From the NCBI RefSeq assembly GCF_009914755.1, contig NC_060946.1: a stretch of 64,000 nucleotides of DNA, one strand, 5' to 3'. The position numbers and the translations under genes are program-made. The stretch comes from the human T2T-CHM13v2.0 reference genome, Homo sapiens. Shown here one piece after another: positions 35,766-54,610 of this stretch (position 1 is the stretch's first letter; each line of letters starts with the position of its first letter). The notes beneath the pieces are model-generated. The model saw only the letters and a list, made by a program, of their open reading frames with translations. It was not told where the DNA came from and searched no databases.

Positions 35766-36132
35766 TGTACTAGTTTGCTCGGGCTGCCATAATGAAGGAC
35801 CACAGACTGGATGATTAAACAACAGAAATGTATTGTAGAGGCCAGAAGTCCAAAATCAATGGGTCGGCAGGGTTGGTTTCTCCTGAGGCCTCTCTCCTTA
35901 GTTTGCAGAGGGCTGTCTGTCTTCTCCCTGGTTATCACATGGTCTACTCTGGGTGTGTGTGTGTCTGTGTCCCAACCCCCTCTTCTTATAATCCTCTTCC
36001 TATTGGATTAGGGAGGGCCCACTCATATGACCTCTGCAGAGACCCTACCTCCAAATACAGGCACATTCTGAAGGACTAGGGTTAGGATTTTAACAGACGA
36101 ATTTGCGGGGGACACAGTTCAGCTCCTAACAC
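35766..36132 (-). mobile_element. MLT1A-like LTR
   Basis: tgtactagtttgctcgggctgccataa...ggggacacagttcag. Confidence 0.8.
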
Positions 36133-36389
36133 TAAGCAATCATTTGGCAGTGTGCTGTGTGGGCGCGGTGTGGTGGTGAGAAATGGCTCGGGTCCCAGGC
36201 ATGCCTGGGTTGCATCCTGGCCCTGCCATGGGTCCTCATGAAGCTGACTGGTTCCTTTATGATCCTGCCTCCCTTGTTGTGAGACAGGAGAGCATGTGTC
36301 TCTCACGGCTGACTGTGTAAGTAAAATGAGACCAAAGGCCTGGCACATGCTGGGGCGAACGACACATGGAAATTAACATCCTTAGATAA

Positions 36390-36741
<352 letters not shown>

Positions 36742-37009
36742 TAAATTCTTAACCCTCTTTGAGGTGTTTGGTATAGGACCACTCCCTACTGTCCACCCTT
36801 CCTGTGGCGGCCCCACCCATCTTTCAGCCCCTCCTCTGATCACCCCTATCCCCAACCTCTGCTGAGCTACACCCACTATTTGAACCCAACATCCTTCCTC
36901 TAGACCTGTACACAGCCTGCTCCCTTATCTGGGATGTTTGTCACCCTCCCCGAGGCCACTTCTCCTGGTCCTGAACCTCTTTAACTCCTACTCATCCTAT
37001 AGACTGTGA

Positions 37010-37349
<340 letters not shown>

Positions 37350-37493
37350 AGGAAGCCTTCTTTGACCACTTCCTTGGTGCTTCCTCAGCCTCCAGGGATT
37401 CCCCCATCACCGCCTGGCCTGAGGACATGGACATGGGGTTGTCACTGCAGGAGGAGTCCCATGAAGACAGTAGACCGCATTCTGGAATGCCTT

Positions 37494-38205
<712 letters not shown>

Positions 38206-38364
38206 GCCTTGAATTGGGTGTTGTGCTGTGTGGGAGGCATCTACTAGAGGCTTGGCAGAGCCCGTGGTTCTCCAAATTTTATGTGTGTGGAATAACTTGA
38301 AATCTCTAACTTGTTGGCAGCCCACTTAAAAGCATGGAGCTCTTGTTGCATTTATTGCTCATCA

Positions 38365-38893
<529 letters not shown>

Positions 38894-39795
38894 TCAGCAG
38901 TGGCTGTCATGTTACACGTGGCTCTGTCTCAAAACGCACGGCATCGCCAGCTGCTAGGCATTGCCCTCTCCATTCATGCACCAACAAAAATGTACTGAGC
39001 ATCAGAGATGTGCTCAATAACCCAGGGCATAGCAGCAAACGGGGCTGACACTGTCCCTGCCTTCAGGGAGCCCATAGACTAGTGGGCAGAAGAAAAAAAA
39101 TCAATACATTAACAAAGAAATAAAGGAATATGAAGGGGGATATGTGTCATAAAGAGGGGGGTGGGTGTAGGGTACCAAGGTGCAGGGACTTGGTCAGGAT
39201 GATGGGCAGGAAAGGCTCTCTGCAGAGGTGGCATCTTGGCTGAGACTTGAAGGACAGGAAGGAGCCTGGTTGAGCAAAGATGCAAGGAAGGTGAGGCTGA
39301 GGTGCACCTGGAGGGGTGGGCAGAGACCAGGGCAGCTGCTACTCTCAAAAAGCTAAGAGAGGGAGCGGACGGGGCGTAGCAGCAGCAACACCACGTGCAA
39401 AGACCGATGCAGACTTGTGTTCCAGAGGTTGGGCAGCGTCAAAGCTGTCTGTGTCCTAATTCAGGGAAAAACAGTCCACACATGCCAATAATGATCTTTC
39501 AAACATTTGGAGGGCTGTTTGTTATCAGGGGAGAGTGACCTGTTGTTCCGCTCCTCTGGGATGGAAAAAAGCTGGACTGTCACAGCAGGACATAATGAAT
39601 GACTTCCTGCTTGGAGTAGATTCTTTGGGGTGTGTGTCATCTTGCCCAGGACCCAGGGATCAAAGGGTGGGGGGCCTCCCTGGCCCCTACATCCCCTAAT
39701 GGAACTTTTCCAAAGACAAGTTTCATTTTTTGCAAACTACAAGCAAATTTGCTGCTCATCAAGTCTCTTGACTCTTACATAAAGACTGAGGGGAG

Positions 39796-40090
<295 letters not shown>

Positions 40091-41184
40091 GACTCAGGAG
40101 AAAAATGATGATAATTTAATGCCAGAAACAACCATGTCTCTCCTAATGGTGGACTGTCTTTGGTCAGGAAACAAGAACAGTATAATCATAATTTGATCAT
40201 AATTTGAATTTTGCTTTGGTTGCCAAGAAACTCGGGGTCAGGTTGAAGTGCAGTGACTATATACGTCTCTAGGTTTTTGGCACAAATATTCCTCCCTGAC
40301 TCAACTGTTTCCTGAAACAAAAAACAACAACAAAAATTTTTCACTCGTCAAACACACCATCCACTTTCTTTCAGTTTCCTTTTAGTCTTTAGCCACATGA
40401 ATACAGCTTTTACGTGGTCCTCGCTCCACACTCACACTCAATTTGGTTTTCTATTTTTTCACAGAATATTAGTTCACAAATACCATATTTCTATTTATGT
40501 ATCCTATTCTGTCTTCTCAACAATGGCACAGATATTCCACTGAATCATGAAATATTGATAGGGTTGAATCCAACTGTACATACCATAAATGGGCTATTGT
40601 TGAACTCTGTATTTTTCCCTAGATTTTCACTGTTTTAAATAATTCTATTACAAAAATAAACACTTAAAGGTTATGAAGGGAGCCATCCAAAGAGAAATAG
40701 AACCAGCTAATAAGCATATGAGAAGGGTTCAACCTCTCTGATGATTAAAAACATACTTTGAAAGAAGATAAGAGTTTCTTTTCCCTGTGGAAATAGCTCA
40801 GATTAAACAACGAGGTGACACAATGCTGGCTGGAAGTGGAGAGACTCACAGCTGCTGTGTCTCTCTCTGGATTGTGAATTTGTCAGTTTCTTGGTGCAGC
40901 ACTTACTCTTCTAGGCCATTCCTGCTGGGAGCCGCAGAGGTACAGCTGAACCTGGAGCGCACAGGTTTCACGGCAGCATCATTTCTAACGCTGCAAAGTT
41001 TAAATGACGAAAATGTCCCCTAATAAGAGAGTGAGTGGTTAAGTAAATGTGTATGCGACTTCTAAACATATCCACTCACTGGATATGTAACGGAGATTTC
41101 TAATAAGACAGGGAAATGTTACAATGCTATAATTTTTATTGAAAAACAGAACCCAAGATACAAAGGGAGTCAGATGACCTCCAT

Positions 41185-41630
41185 TCAAATAGAGGCACTG
41201 CCAATCTCCAGTTCTGAGACTCCTGGGTCAGAGACAGGGACTTTATTAGTTGCAGTAAAATAATAGCTGCAGTTTAAGCATGGTGTTCACATGAGTTCCT
41301 TGTGTCTTCCAAGTCCTAGGGTCGGTGTGGAGTGGGCGAGGTCAAGGGCCCATCATGGATGGTGGATGCCTGCACACACAATGGGCTGCATTACACAGGA
41401 GAACACTGAGTTTGGGGAATTTACCGATTTTCCGGTAAACTTGTCCAGAGGGAGATGGTACCTCCTCCTTTGAGGTTGCTTTTTGCAAACACGACCCTGA
41501 GACACGGGTACAGAGTGACCAGGGCTTTGCATTTGTGGCATACTCAGCAAGAATGTGCAGGAATGCCCGTGCCCATGATGGGTTCTTCTCCCAGCACCTG
41601 GGTGTGGCTCACCTGGACTGCAAGAATCTC
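41185..41630 (-). mobile_element. Old ERVL-type LTR (MER73/MER74-like)
   Basis: gtcagagacagggactttatta..., ggtggatgcctgcacaca; family assignment uncertain. Confidence 0.45.
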
Positions 41631-42288
41631 AGGCCTATGATCTTCCAGTGGGCCTCTGGAAGCTGGATGTGCTGAGAACTAGAGAAGGGGGCCGAGAGTC
41701 AGCCTGGGTTTTGGGGTCTGAAGCATGCTTAGAAGCATCCTGGTCCATCTCCTGCATTTTGCAGATAGGGAAACTGAGGCCCAGAAAGGGACTTGCCCAG
41801 AGCCAGACAGTGAATGAGGAGGGGGTCAGGACTGGTGCTCCCCTGTGTGGTCCTGAAGGCACATCACTGTCACCACCAGCACAGCAGCTGACAGTGATTA
41901 CATTACAGAGTTTTCTCTGTGGGGCTTATGTGATGAGAGTCAGCATCTCCTTCAATTCTCACGACCGTGCAAAGTGCAAAGTCCTAATCCTTGCCCCACG
42001 TGACAGATGAGGAAACAAGGTACCAAGAAGTCAAATGCTCAATGCCACAGAGCCAGAGAGTAGCGAGCTTGGATTGGAACCCAGGTGGTCTGGCCTCAGA
42101 CCCTGTCCCAGGCTGTCAGGACCTCTAGCTGGTCCTGGGGGATAGGGGTCCATGGTGGTGCCTACTTCCCTGACACCCAGTGCCTGACTTTCCAAGTCAC
42201 CAGCCACAGGGACAAGAGGATGTGGAGAGGCCATGGAGGACAGGCCTGGGATGAGGACTAGAGTGAGTGCCTAAAAAGGGGGCGCCTT

Positions 42289-43267
<979 letters not shown>

Positions 43268-43807
43268 TGATTCCTTCTTGGATATTGCCTTCTCCTGGTT
43301 TCCTTCTACCCCTCTGCCTGTTTCTACGTCTTCTTTCTGAATCCCCCAGGTCCCCTGGTTCCCCCTTCGCCCTCCACCACCTTCCCTTAGTCATCTAGAC
43401 TCCTTCCAGGGCACCCCATTCTCCGATGGCTTAAACGAATTAAGTTAATACCAAAGTAGTAATGAGTTCCCAACCTGTTCCAACTCAGAAATGCCTCCCT
43501 CGGGCCATCTGCTGATGTGCTGTTTCCGCACCCCACCCCATCCAAAGTCAAAACGGACCAGGATCTCTGGTGCCTCCAAACTTTTGCAGAGACATCAGGA
43601 AAGCTGGCACCACCAAGGAAACCCTTCCCACCTCTGCTCACCTTTCACTGGCCAGTCGCATGTCACCTCTTCCTGAGGGGCCTCCTTAACCTCAGAGGCG
43701 TGAGCATGCTGGTCCCCTTGGTAAGCTTTCCTGGGCTCTCTGCAAACTTCAAACTTATAAGACACCCTGTGGGGAGATGAGTTCTTGTCCTTTTGTTTTT
43801 CATTTTA

Positions 43808-44161
<354 letters not shown>

Positions 44162-44287
44162 TCAATAAATTCTCACAAACTGAGCCCAACCTTGTAACCA
44201 ATACCCAGAGTAAGAAAGCTGAACCTAACCAGCCCCCGAAAGCCCAGCACGCTCCCACTCCAGGATCACCACTCTCCTGACCTCTGA

Positions 44288-44615
<328 letters not shown>

Positions 44616-45099
44616 TGTTCTTGCCTTTTATGTAAATAGAATCATGCAGCGAGTGTTCCTTTGTGGCTGACTCTATTACTCTGACTTACGTCTGTGAGAT
44701 TTACCCGTTATGTGAGTTGCGGATCATTCACTCCTGTTCCGTTTGTCGTGCTCCTAAGCCCGAATACTCCACGATATTCATCTGCCTTGATGACGCTAGG
44801 CTTCCCAATTGGAGGAATTATGAATGTGCGGCTACATGTCTTTCTGTCTTTTGGAGCACATGTTGTATGCGTTTCTGCTGAGTGTAAGGCTGGGCGGGGC
44901 GTCGGTGGCTCAAGGGGTCCATGGTGAACTCACAGGAACACCGCTTTGAGCTGCCCAGTGGCGCTCCTATGCGTCTCATCCAGTTCCTCCGCATCTTCAC
45001 CTGCACCATTTTATTCTTCTTCTTTGGAAAATAAATCTACTTGTGGTTCCAAAGCCTAACTCATCCTCAGTAACCCCGGTAGCCATGAATTCCTATTCA

Positions 45100-46330
45100 A
45101 GAGGCTCCCGCAGGCCCAGCGCCAAAGCTGCCTCCCCTGCAGCCTCGGTGACTTCCCGGGTCTCTCCCTCCGGCCCTGGTGTCCCGGGTGAGCCCAGCAC
45201 ACGTTGGGATTTTGGTTGGTTGTTGGCCTGGCCCGACTGTCCCTGTCTCTGAGGGCAGAGTCGGGTCCCATCCCGGGACACGCCTGGGGTTAGCCACCGA
45301 CCTGCAGCCTCCCGGCCGAGGGTGCGGGGTTGGCGGTAAGGCCTGCCCCAGTGCCCCCCAGCAGCCGGGCCTCCGACTGCAGGCCCGGGTCCCCGCTCCT
45401 CCGCGCGGAGTCGGGCGGGGATAACCTTTGATCCCGAGCCCTCCCCTCGAGAGGGGGTGGGGGGAGGAGGGGATCGGGTTTCACGGAGTGTTGGGGGATA
45501 GGACTGGGGGCATCCGGCCCGAAGGCGCCCCCTCTGTGCCCCCTCCGGGGAAGTCTGGCATCCAGGCCCTCGCCCCCAGCCGTGGGCGCGCGCCCCTCGC
45601 AGCCGGGGTCCGGGGAGGGAGGGTCCCGGCAGGGGGCGCCGGGGAGGGAGGACCAGGAGACCCGCGGCCCCGCCTCCGCCGCGCCCTCCTCCCGGGCGGG
45701 ATAATTGAACGGCGCGGCCCTGGCCCAGCGTTGGCTGCCGAGGCTCGGCCGGAGCGTGGAGCCCGCGCCGCTGCCCCAGGACCGCGCCCGCGCCTTTGTC
45801 CGCCGCCGCCCACCGCCCGTCGCCCGCCGCCCATGGAGCGCGCCGCGCCGTCGCGCCGGGTCCCGCTTCCGCTGCTGCTGCTCGGCGGCCTTGCGCTGCT
45901 GGCGGCCGGAGGTAGGGGCGTCCCGGGTCCGCCGCCCCAGCTTAGGGTCCCGACCCCCTCGGCCTCGCGCTCCCTGCGAGTTTCGGAACCACGGGGACTC
46001 GGAGTCCGTGCGTTGCCCTGCGCGGCGCCCCCGGACTGTCAGCGCCGAGGCCTCGGCGACGCCCCCCTCCCCCACGGCCAGCTCCGGTCCTCATCTCCTC
46101 CCCGGCCTGGGGACTTGTTTCAAAACCGGATTCCCCCACCCCTCAAACACACCGTCCTACCCCAGTCCTAGCAAATCCAGCCGGCTCCGGGGGCCGCATC
46201 CCGGGCCCTGGGGGTTCAGGGGCGCTAGCTGGGCTGGGGGACGCTGGCTGGGGGTTACCGAGCCCAGGGCGCCTTGCACTTGACGCTGGAAGCGCCCTCG
46301 GCTATCTTTCCTCACCGCTTCCCGCCTCCA
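45100..46330. promoter_or_regulatory. FBLN1: CpG island / FBLN1 promoter, 5' UTR and start of intron 1
   Basis: Very high GC and CpG density; GC boxes (gggcggg 45413 and 45694, ccccgcctcc 45668); AT-rich ATAATT at 45701; free of repeats. Confidence 0.9.
45833..45911 (+). CDS. FBLN1: Fibulin-1 coding exon 1 (signal peptide MERAAPSRRVPLPLLLLGGLALLAAG + 1 nt)
   Basis: ATG in a strong context (gcccATGG) at 45833; the translation matches the fibulin-1 N-terminus; phase-1 donor G|gtaggg at 45911/45912 joins in frame to exon 2 (G+TG=Val). Confidence 0.97.
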
Positions 46331-47219
46331 CCCCCAGGTAGGAGCTGTTGTACCCAGCTTGCGGATGTGAAACTTGAGCCTGGAGGGTGGGAAGCAGTCT
46401 TTTCCCCAGGAGACACTAGCGGTCCTGGGATAGGGGCTGGAGAGGAAGAAATGAGAAAGCCAGGGAGCAGCCTGGAGGTTTTTGGGGCGTAGCTGGGAGG
46501 ATGGAGGGGATGCGGACCTGGCCACCTCCTCCCTGCCTCCCTCCCGGGACAGAGGGCCCAAGGCAGTGGTTCTGCCGGGCTCGGTGCTCAGCGGAGACTG
46601 GGGACTGGTCACTTCCACCAATGGCAAGGGGGATGGAGTTTTCCAAGAGCAGATCTGATCGATGGCCCAGACCTTAGGCCCCAACTCTGGGACTGACAGC
46701 TCCGGGACAGTGCCCACCCAGCCCGCGCTTTTCTCCCCTCTAACCCTCAAGGCCTGGTCCCTGGGGGGACTGCCACGAGGTCCTCTGATCAGAGCAGCTG
46801 CTGGGCGGCAGAGCTATGACCTGTGACCTCTCTGCTGACCCGTGGCTTCTCAGAGCCACTAGCCAGGCCCGGCACTCCTGGCGTCTTTGTTTCTCCAGTG
46901 GCCCAGGTCCAGGGGAGTGCCCTAGACCACCCTCAGAATCCGAGTCTTAATCCCTGGTTTAGTTGAGTTCCTTTTAACCTCTGGTGACCGCCTTTGTTAG
47001 TCAAAAGGTCGCTTGTCCCAACTAATGCTCACTGGGGGATTCCAGGAAGGGGGCTGAAGGGGGCTGGAGGGGGAGGGGAGGCTGGGAGCTGAGCTCTACA
47101 GAGCTTTCTTGACTGGCTGGCTGCAGCAGAGCCCTGTGGAGCTCTGATTGTTCAGGCGGTGCTGGGCACGGCCTGGGCACCTCGTGGGGTTGGAGATGGT
47201 GTGGGGAGGCGCAGAGCTC

Positions 47220-47312
47220 AGTGTTGGCACCAGGAGCCTTCGCAGCCCCTGGGGGCTCCCTGGAGGCTCTTTAGAAGAGATGGAGCTTGATGTAAGGGGA
47301 GCGCGGGAAGAG
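47220..47312 (+). repeat. 93-bp segment duplicated at 48968-49060
   Basis: 85/93 identity counted by eye, no gaps. Confidence 0.88.
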
Positions 47313-48585
47313 GGCATTCCAGCAAGCAGCAGGCCGGGTGGCTGCCAGCTGGAGGGAAAACCCCGAGGGGCCCTGGGTGATGGGTGGGTGGGACATCCGA
47401 GACTCCTGTTAGAAAAGGAAGGAGCCTCAGAGGCCCCGATTGTGTCGATGAGGAAGCTGAGGGCCTGAGAGAAGGCGTGGTAAAACTCTCCCTGGCCCCG
47501 GAGTCTCTGCGTTCCCTCTCACTGTTCTTTTCTGTCTGCGGTTTGCGAACAATTTCTCCCTATGTGTGTGTGACTGAATGAACACCCCAGGACTTGCGGG
47601 CCCAGTGTGGCTCACTGCTGAGCCACAGAGAAGTTTGTAATTGGAAGGGTTTAAAAAAGCCTCCTAATTGCACACTTCGATAAAAGCAGCTGGATGTCCT
47701 GTGGGCCTTTTGTTTCTTTTGGGGAGAAGTCTCTTTGAGTTTCAACAGGTTTAATTTGGTACAGTTTGGGAAGGGGCTTTTGAAGACTGCCTGGCCCCTA
47801 TCTGCAGCTGTGAGGCCCCCGAAGCCCTGTATGTAAGGCCACAAGTGGCACCGCCCCTGCTCTCAGAGAGCTGTGGGGCCGCAGATGGTGAGCCTGTTAG
47901 CTGATCTGCAGAAACTCCTTTGGCGACGGCCGCTTAAATGGAGAAGGGCGCTGATCTTTCTTGCCAAACGGCCGAGAGGAGCCGCCTGTCTGTCCTGTGT
48001 CTGTCCGTCCCGTTGGGCTTTACTGAGAGCTGGGTGGGAGGGAGTGGAGAGGAGGAGGTGTTAGGAAAAGACGATTGTGTTTTCTCCAAGGCTTTCTTGG
48101 CCTCTGGCTGCAGCCGGGCAGCGTTTCCGACTGATTAAAAGAAAGTTGGGAGGGAGAACAAAGGCCAGGGAGGACTTGGCTTGAAAACGTGTGGTCTGTG
48201 CCGCCACTCCTGGAAGTTTCCCAGTCAGGAGGTGGGGGCCAGGGCACTGAATGCATGAAGATGAGACTCTGTGCCATGGGGGTCAGGGCTGGGGCCTCTC
48301 CTGCAGCACCCACAGCTCTGGCTCACGCCCCGCTCCTGGCCCTGCTGAGTGCCCCCCAACTCAGGGCTGCATTTGCCACCCCTGTTAGGTGTGTAGGGCA
48401 GGAGTAGGGGCACGCGGCTGACTCATCTTCAGGTCCTGGAGGGCTCCACGGGCCTTGTGAGACTAGAAATCAGTTTGCATCAGAAAAAGCCATGAGATGG
48501 TTTGGTGGTTTTCTCATTTATAAAATGAAGGGAACAAAAACCTACTTAGGTTGTCTTGAGGATTAAGAGAGAGAACATAGGATAG

Positions 48586-48914
<329 letters not shown>

Positions 48915-48967
48915 GGCAGCCCTGTTATTAATGTTAGCTATTATTCCTGTTGTCCCCTTCTCTAGGA

Positions 48968-49060
48968 AGTGTTGGCACCAGGAGCCTTCGCAGCCCTTGG
49001 GGGCTCCCTGGCGGCTCCTTGGAGGAGATGAGGCTTGATGTGAGGGGAGCGCGGGAAGAG
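48968..49060 (+). repeat. Second copy of the 93-bp segment
   Basis: See 47220-47312. Confidence 0.88.
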
Positions 49061-50367
49061 CGCAATTCTGCCAATACCCCAGAATTGTTTTCCCCAAGAT
49101 GCCTCTGCACATTCTACTACTACTGAATTTCCCAGCCAGGCGCTGAGCAGAAGGCCCCATGGGGCTATAGGACTGGTAGTCGTCAGTGCCAAACCCGTGT
49201 CAGGAAAGGTGGTGTTCTTAGCCATTCAGTCATTCATTCACTAAGGGACAGCTCAGTGCCAGACACTGCTCTATAACTTGTGGATGTGGCAGGAAAGGAG
49301 AGAGACCCAGTTTTTCCCCCTCATGCAACTAGGAGATCCAGAAAAATGAACTGAGCCCTACTGGCAGAGTCAGGGAAGACTTCCCGGAGGAAGCGGCATG
49401 CAAACTGGGAACCTAAGGAGGAAAAGGCAGTGGCTAAGTCTGTGGGTAGGGCTGGGAGGATGGGGGAAAGGGTGTTCCTGGCAGGGGAAATGGCAGGGCC
49501 AAATACCTGGAAGGAAGAGAAAACACGAGACTTCCAGGGAAACCCCCTCCTTCTACCCACTTCCAGTTCCTTCCAGTTCCACCCCCTCCTCACCACTGGG
49601 GGAGACTGTGCTGTCTAGAGACTTCTCCAGCAGCTTCCCTGACCTGGTGAGACTTTAAGCCCGGGCTCTGAGCACTGGGCACCTGGTCAGGGCCGCCTTC
49701 CAGGTGAAGTTTATTAGAACAGTTCTAAGAGGGCATGTAGTTATTTTGCCAGCATATTTTATACAACAAGATTTTCCTTTTGCAGAATAGCAAATCATAA
49801 CAATTTGATGAATGAATCCTTTCGTAGGCCCCATATGGTTCCAGTTTCCTTGTGATGATCTCACATGTGGCCCTATAAGTAAACAGGGTGGGAGGGGGGA
49901 ACCACTGTGTCAACTTCCCTGGGATAGGAGACCCCCTCAGGCTGGAGGGGAGCTCAGGACTGGCTAAGTCATCTGCCACAAGTCACCCAGCGAGGAGCGG
50001 GGCTGGGGCTGGGCCTAGAGCTGGGCTGGGCCCCACCTCCTTTAACCCCACAGTGGTCCTAACTAGAGGCTGGGGTGGGAGGGAGCGAGGCACCAGTCGC
50101 CATAGCTTCCTACAGGTTATTTGCGGGTTACTACACTGTGCGGAGCCAACATGAGAAGGGGGTTAGGAAGCTGTGTGTTGGTCCCAATTCTGAAAGTGTC
50201 TGGAGAGATCTTGATGACACCCACAAACTCTCTGCCTCTGTTTCCTTCACTATAAGATGTGAGTGTCCTCTGGGTAATTATTATAGGTGAAATGCTTTAC
50301 ATTTAGTAACCAATGTCGTCATCTCAGCAGCCCTACGAAATAGGTGATCCAGTGTTGTTTTGAACCT

Positions 50368-50933
<566 letters not shown>

Positions 50934-51133
50934 TAGCTATACCCTCACCCTAGCCCTGCAAAGGAGGTGCTGTCATTGTCCCCCTCATCAATGAGGGGAC
51001 ATGGAGGCCCAGAGAGTCCAGGTAGCAAGACTGTGGGTGCATAGCTGCTAAGTGACAGCAGCAGGACTTGAGCTTGGGCAGCTTGGCCCTGACGTCATAC
51101 CCCTCACCAGCACACTGGACAGCCTCGCGTATC

Positions 51134-51421
51134 TTTTTTTTTTTTTTTTTTTTTTTGAGACGGAGTCTTGCACTGTCTGGGGTGTGATCTTGGCTCACTG
51201 CAACCTCTGCCTCCCAGGTTCAAGCAATCCTCCTGCCTCAGCCTCCCAAGTAGCTGGGATTACAGGTGCCCGCCACCACGCCTGGCTAATTTTTTGTATT
51301 CTTAGTAGAGACGGGGTTTCACTATGTTGGCCAGAGTGGTCTCTAACTCCTGACCTCGTGATCTGCTCACCTTGGCCTCCCAAAGTGCTGGAATTACAGG
51401 CGTGAGCCACCGCGCCCAGCC
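51134..51421 (-). mobile_element. Alu (intron 1)
   Basis: Reverse dimer, TSD ~cagcctcrcg. Confidence 0.92.
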
Positions 51422-52483
51422 AGCCTCACGCACCTTTAGAAGACTTGAATCTTTAAGTCTAGTTCAGGGGGGGATGCCTGTTTCCTTTGGAGTGTGATGG
51501 TGGGGTGTGTATGAGCTTTACAGTCAGAGCTGGATCTGAAGCCTGCCTCTGCAGAGGCTGCATGGCCTCGGGCAACTTGGTGATTCTCTCTTTGCCCCCA
51601 CTTTATAGAATACCTAGGATCATGTGAGATCATTTGTGCGTTCATTCATTCACGGACATTTATTGAATGACTGCTTAGGGCAGGCATGGGGGCAGGAGGC
51701 AGAATGAGACAGTGTCTGGCTCAGACTCATGGCACTAAGTACAGAGTTAATTATTTGTGCTAAGTGCTGGGAAGCTCAGAGTACAAAGAGACCATGCAAG
51801 AAAGAAAACATATTTGTCCCATGTGCATGCGTGTATATGTGCATATGTGTGTGCATTGGCGGTAGTTAGGGAGGACTTCCTGGAGGAAGGGACCTTTGAG
51901 CTGGTGTGGCATGAACAAGCTGGCCTGAGGAGAGCAAGCGTCCTGGGACCCTCCAGCCTTTGAAGCTCCAGGTTCCAAATGCCAGGTGCAGAGGATGCAT
52001 GACAGGTGGCCAGAGGGGTGAGAGGAACACCAGGGGAGATGCGTCCTGGAAGCCCAGGAGGCCCTTGGAGCAGGGTGGGATGTTGCAGAAGGATGAGGAT
52101 GCCCCTCTGTGCACTGGGCTGATGTAGGAAGTTGCTGCCGGGGCCAGAGCTGCCTGGAGGGAACTGTGGGGAGAATGCTTCTCGCCTTCCCAGAGAGGTA
52201 CCTTCTGCTCCTTCTCTCTTGCTGCCTCCTCCCGGCTGGTTCACCATCCAAGACCCCTGTCATCTCCATGACAGATGCTGGGAACAGGCTCAGCAGTGGA
52301 CACAGTCAGGTCTTGTGTTGGGGATGGGGCCAGGAGCCCTAAGAGCAGGCTCCAGTTCGCCCTGCTTCCTCCTGCAGAGGCCAGGTGGTCTTGAAGAGGG
52401 GACACGAGCCTGTCCTCATCCTGGAACTGTAAGGGATGCAGGGACATAGGCCAATCTGGCTGGACCCCTGGTGGCTTCCCAGA

Positions 52484-52571
52484 CAACATAGTAAAACTCC
52501 GTCTCTACTAAAAATACAAAAAATTAGCCAGGCGTGGTGGTGGGCGCCTGTAATCCCAGCTACTCAGGAGG
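52484..52571 (+). mobile_element. Isolated Alu middle fragment
   Basis: caacatagtaaaactcc...tactcaggagg with no head and no tail. Confidence 0.85.
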
Positions 52572-54018
52572 GGCAGGGTGCAGGTGGGGGTTGGGTGGAG
52601 TCGCCCAGTCCTGTTTGGTTGGAACTTTCCATCAGGGTCTCTGTGGTTGACATCTTGTTGCATTTCAGGCTTTTCGGTTCCTTGGTTCTGGACACCACGG
52701 AGGCCACTCCAACTCTTTGCTGTAGCTTTAGACAATGCTGTGGGGCAGGTGGGGTGGGGGCATGATCCTTTTGTGTGGTGAGTCCGGGAGGCACACAGGA
52801 TGAAGCCTCAAGCTCCCATTCACTTTTCCAAACTCCTGACGCCCTCAGCTGCCTCTGAGTTTTTGAGCTTGAGCAGAGGAAATCAAGGAAATTGAGGCTG
52901 GCTTCTGATCACATGCCTTTACTTCATCCCCAGCTATTCACGGAGCTTTGCCAACTTAAAATATCCTCATTTGCCCGATGAGGATATTAAAATAAAAAAC
53001 AGACACCCATTCAACCACCATCTCATATCGTCACCACTTCACAGAGGTAGGGGACATTTTAATGCCCCGGATTTTGGAAGGACGCGGTCTCACAATAAAA
53101 GACAGTATTGTAGATGGAATCGGGCCGGCTTTGTAGAGGTCCCTGGATCCTGCTTTGCTTTCACCCTATTTTGTTGCAACCCAGTGGAAATTTTGCCAGA
53201 GCAATGCCCTTACACAGGGTGGGATTGGGGAAGCCTGCTCTTAACTGCAGGCCAAATCCTCCATTCAGTTTATAAATGAAAAAACTGAGGCCCGGACTTG
53301 CTCCGGGTGGGAAAACTCTCAACCATGAGATCAGAAGCAGACTCCAGGCCTCCCGGTTCCCAGCCCCCAGTCTCCCCTCTGTGACAGTCTGCTTGCTCAG
53401 CAACCTGGGAATTAAGATCCTCGTGGCTCACAGGCTGCTGGGGATGGGATCAGGCATTGCCCAAAGCTTCTGCGATGTTTACAGCTAGCAGGCTGACATT
53501 CTGGAAGCTTCCACCCAAGGAGTGGTACAGAATCTCTCTGAGCATCTGTAGTCTTAGAAAGAGCACGTGGCCATATCCTTCCTGGGTGTCCAGGGCATGG
53601 TCCCCGCAGGCCATGTGACCTGTGTTTCTCTGCATGCCTTGGAACATGGGGCATGCCGCTGATCTACACCATAATCTTTATGGAGGTTTAACTCACCTGG
53701 AAAAAATTTAGTTTTAGCAGCTGTCCCAGGCAACAAACGGTATCTGAGGCCTGTGAACTGAGCCAGCTCCATCCATCTGCACCAGTTACTCCGGCAGGCA
53801 TGTGTCTCTCCTGAAGAGAGGTGGTGGATGTGGTGGCGTGTTGGCCATCGGGCACTGTGTCAGCCTGGAGGAGTGTGTGGTTCCTTTGAAAAAGAATGTT
53901 CTCCCAATCCTGGTGTGATAACTTTTCCTTTTGTTTAATTTTGAAGCTTCTGTTTTTTCCTGTGGTCAGTGTGCTAATGTAAGCACTTTTCCTGGATTAT
54001 CTCATCAATCTTCCCCCA

Positions 54019-54610
<592 letters not shown>

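Noticed and set aside
45290-46075. 261-aa antisense ORF over the promoter
   Set aside because: Low-complexity R/G/P/A composition expected from GC content; no recognisable domain
45428-46171. 247-aa ORF that contains the FBLN1 signal peptide (apparent N-terminal extension)
   Set aside because: It starts at a TTG probably upstream of the TSS and reads through the splice donor. Stop codons are naturally rare in a CpG island, and an extension would bury the signal peptide.
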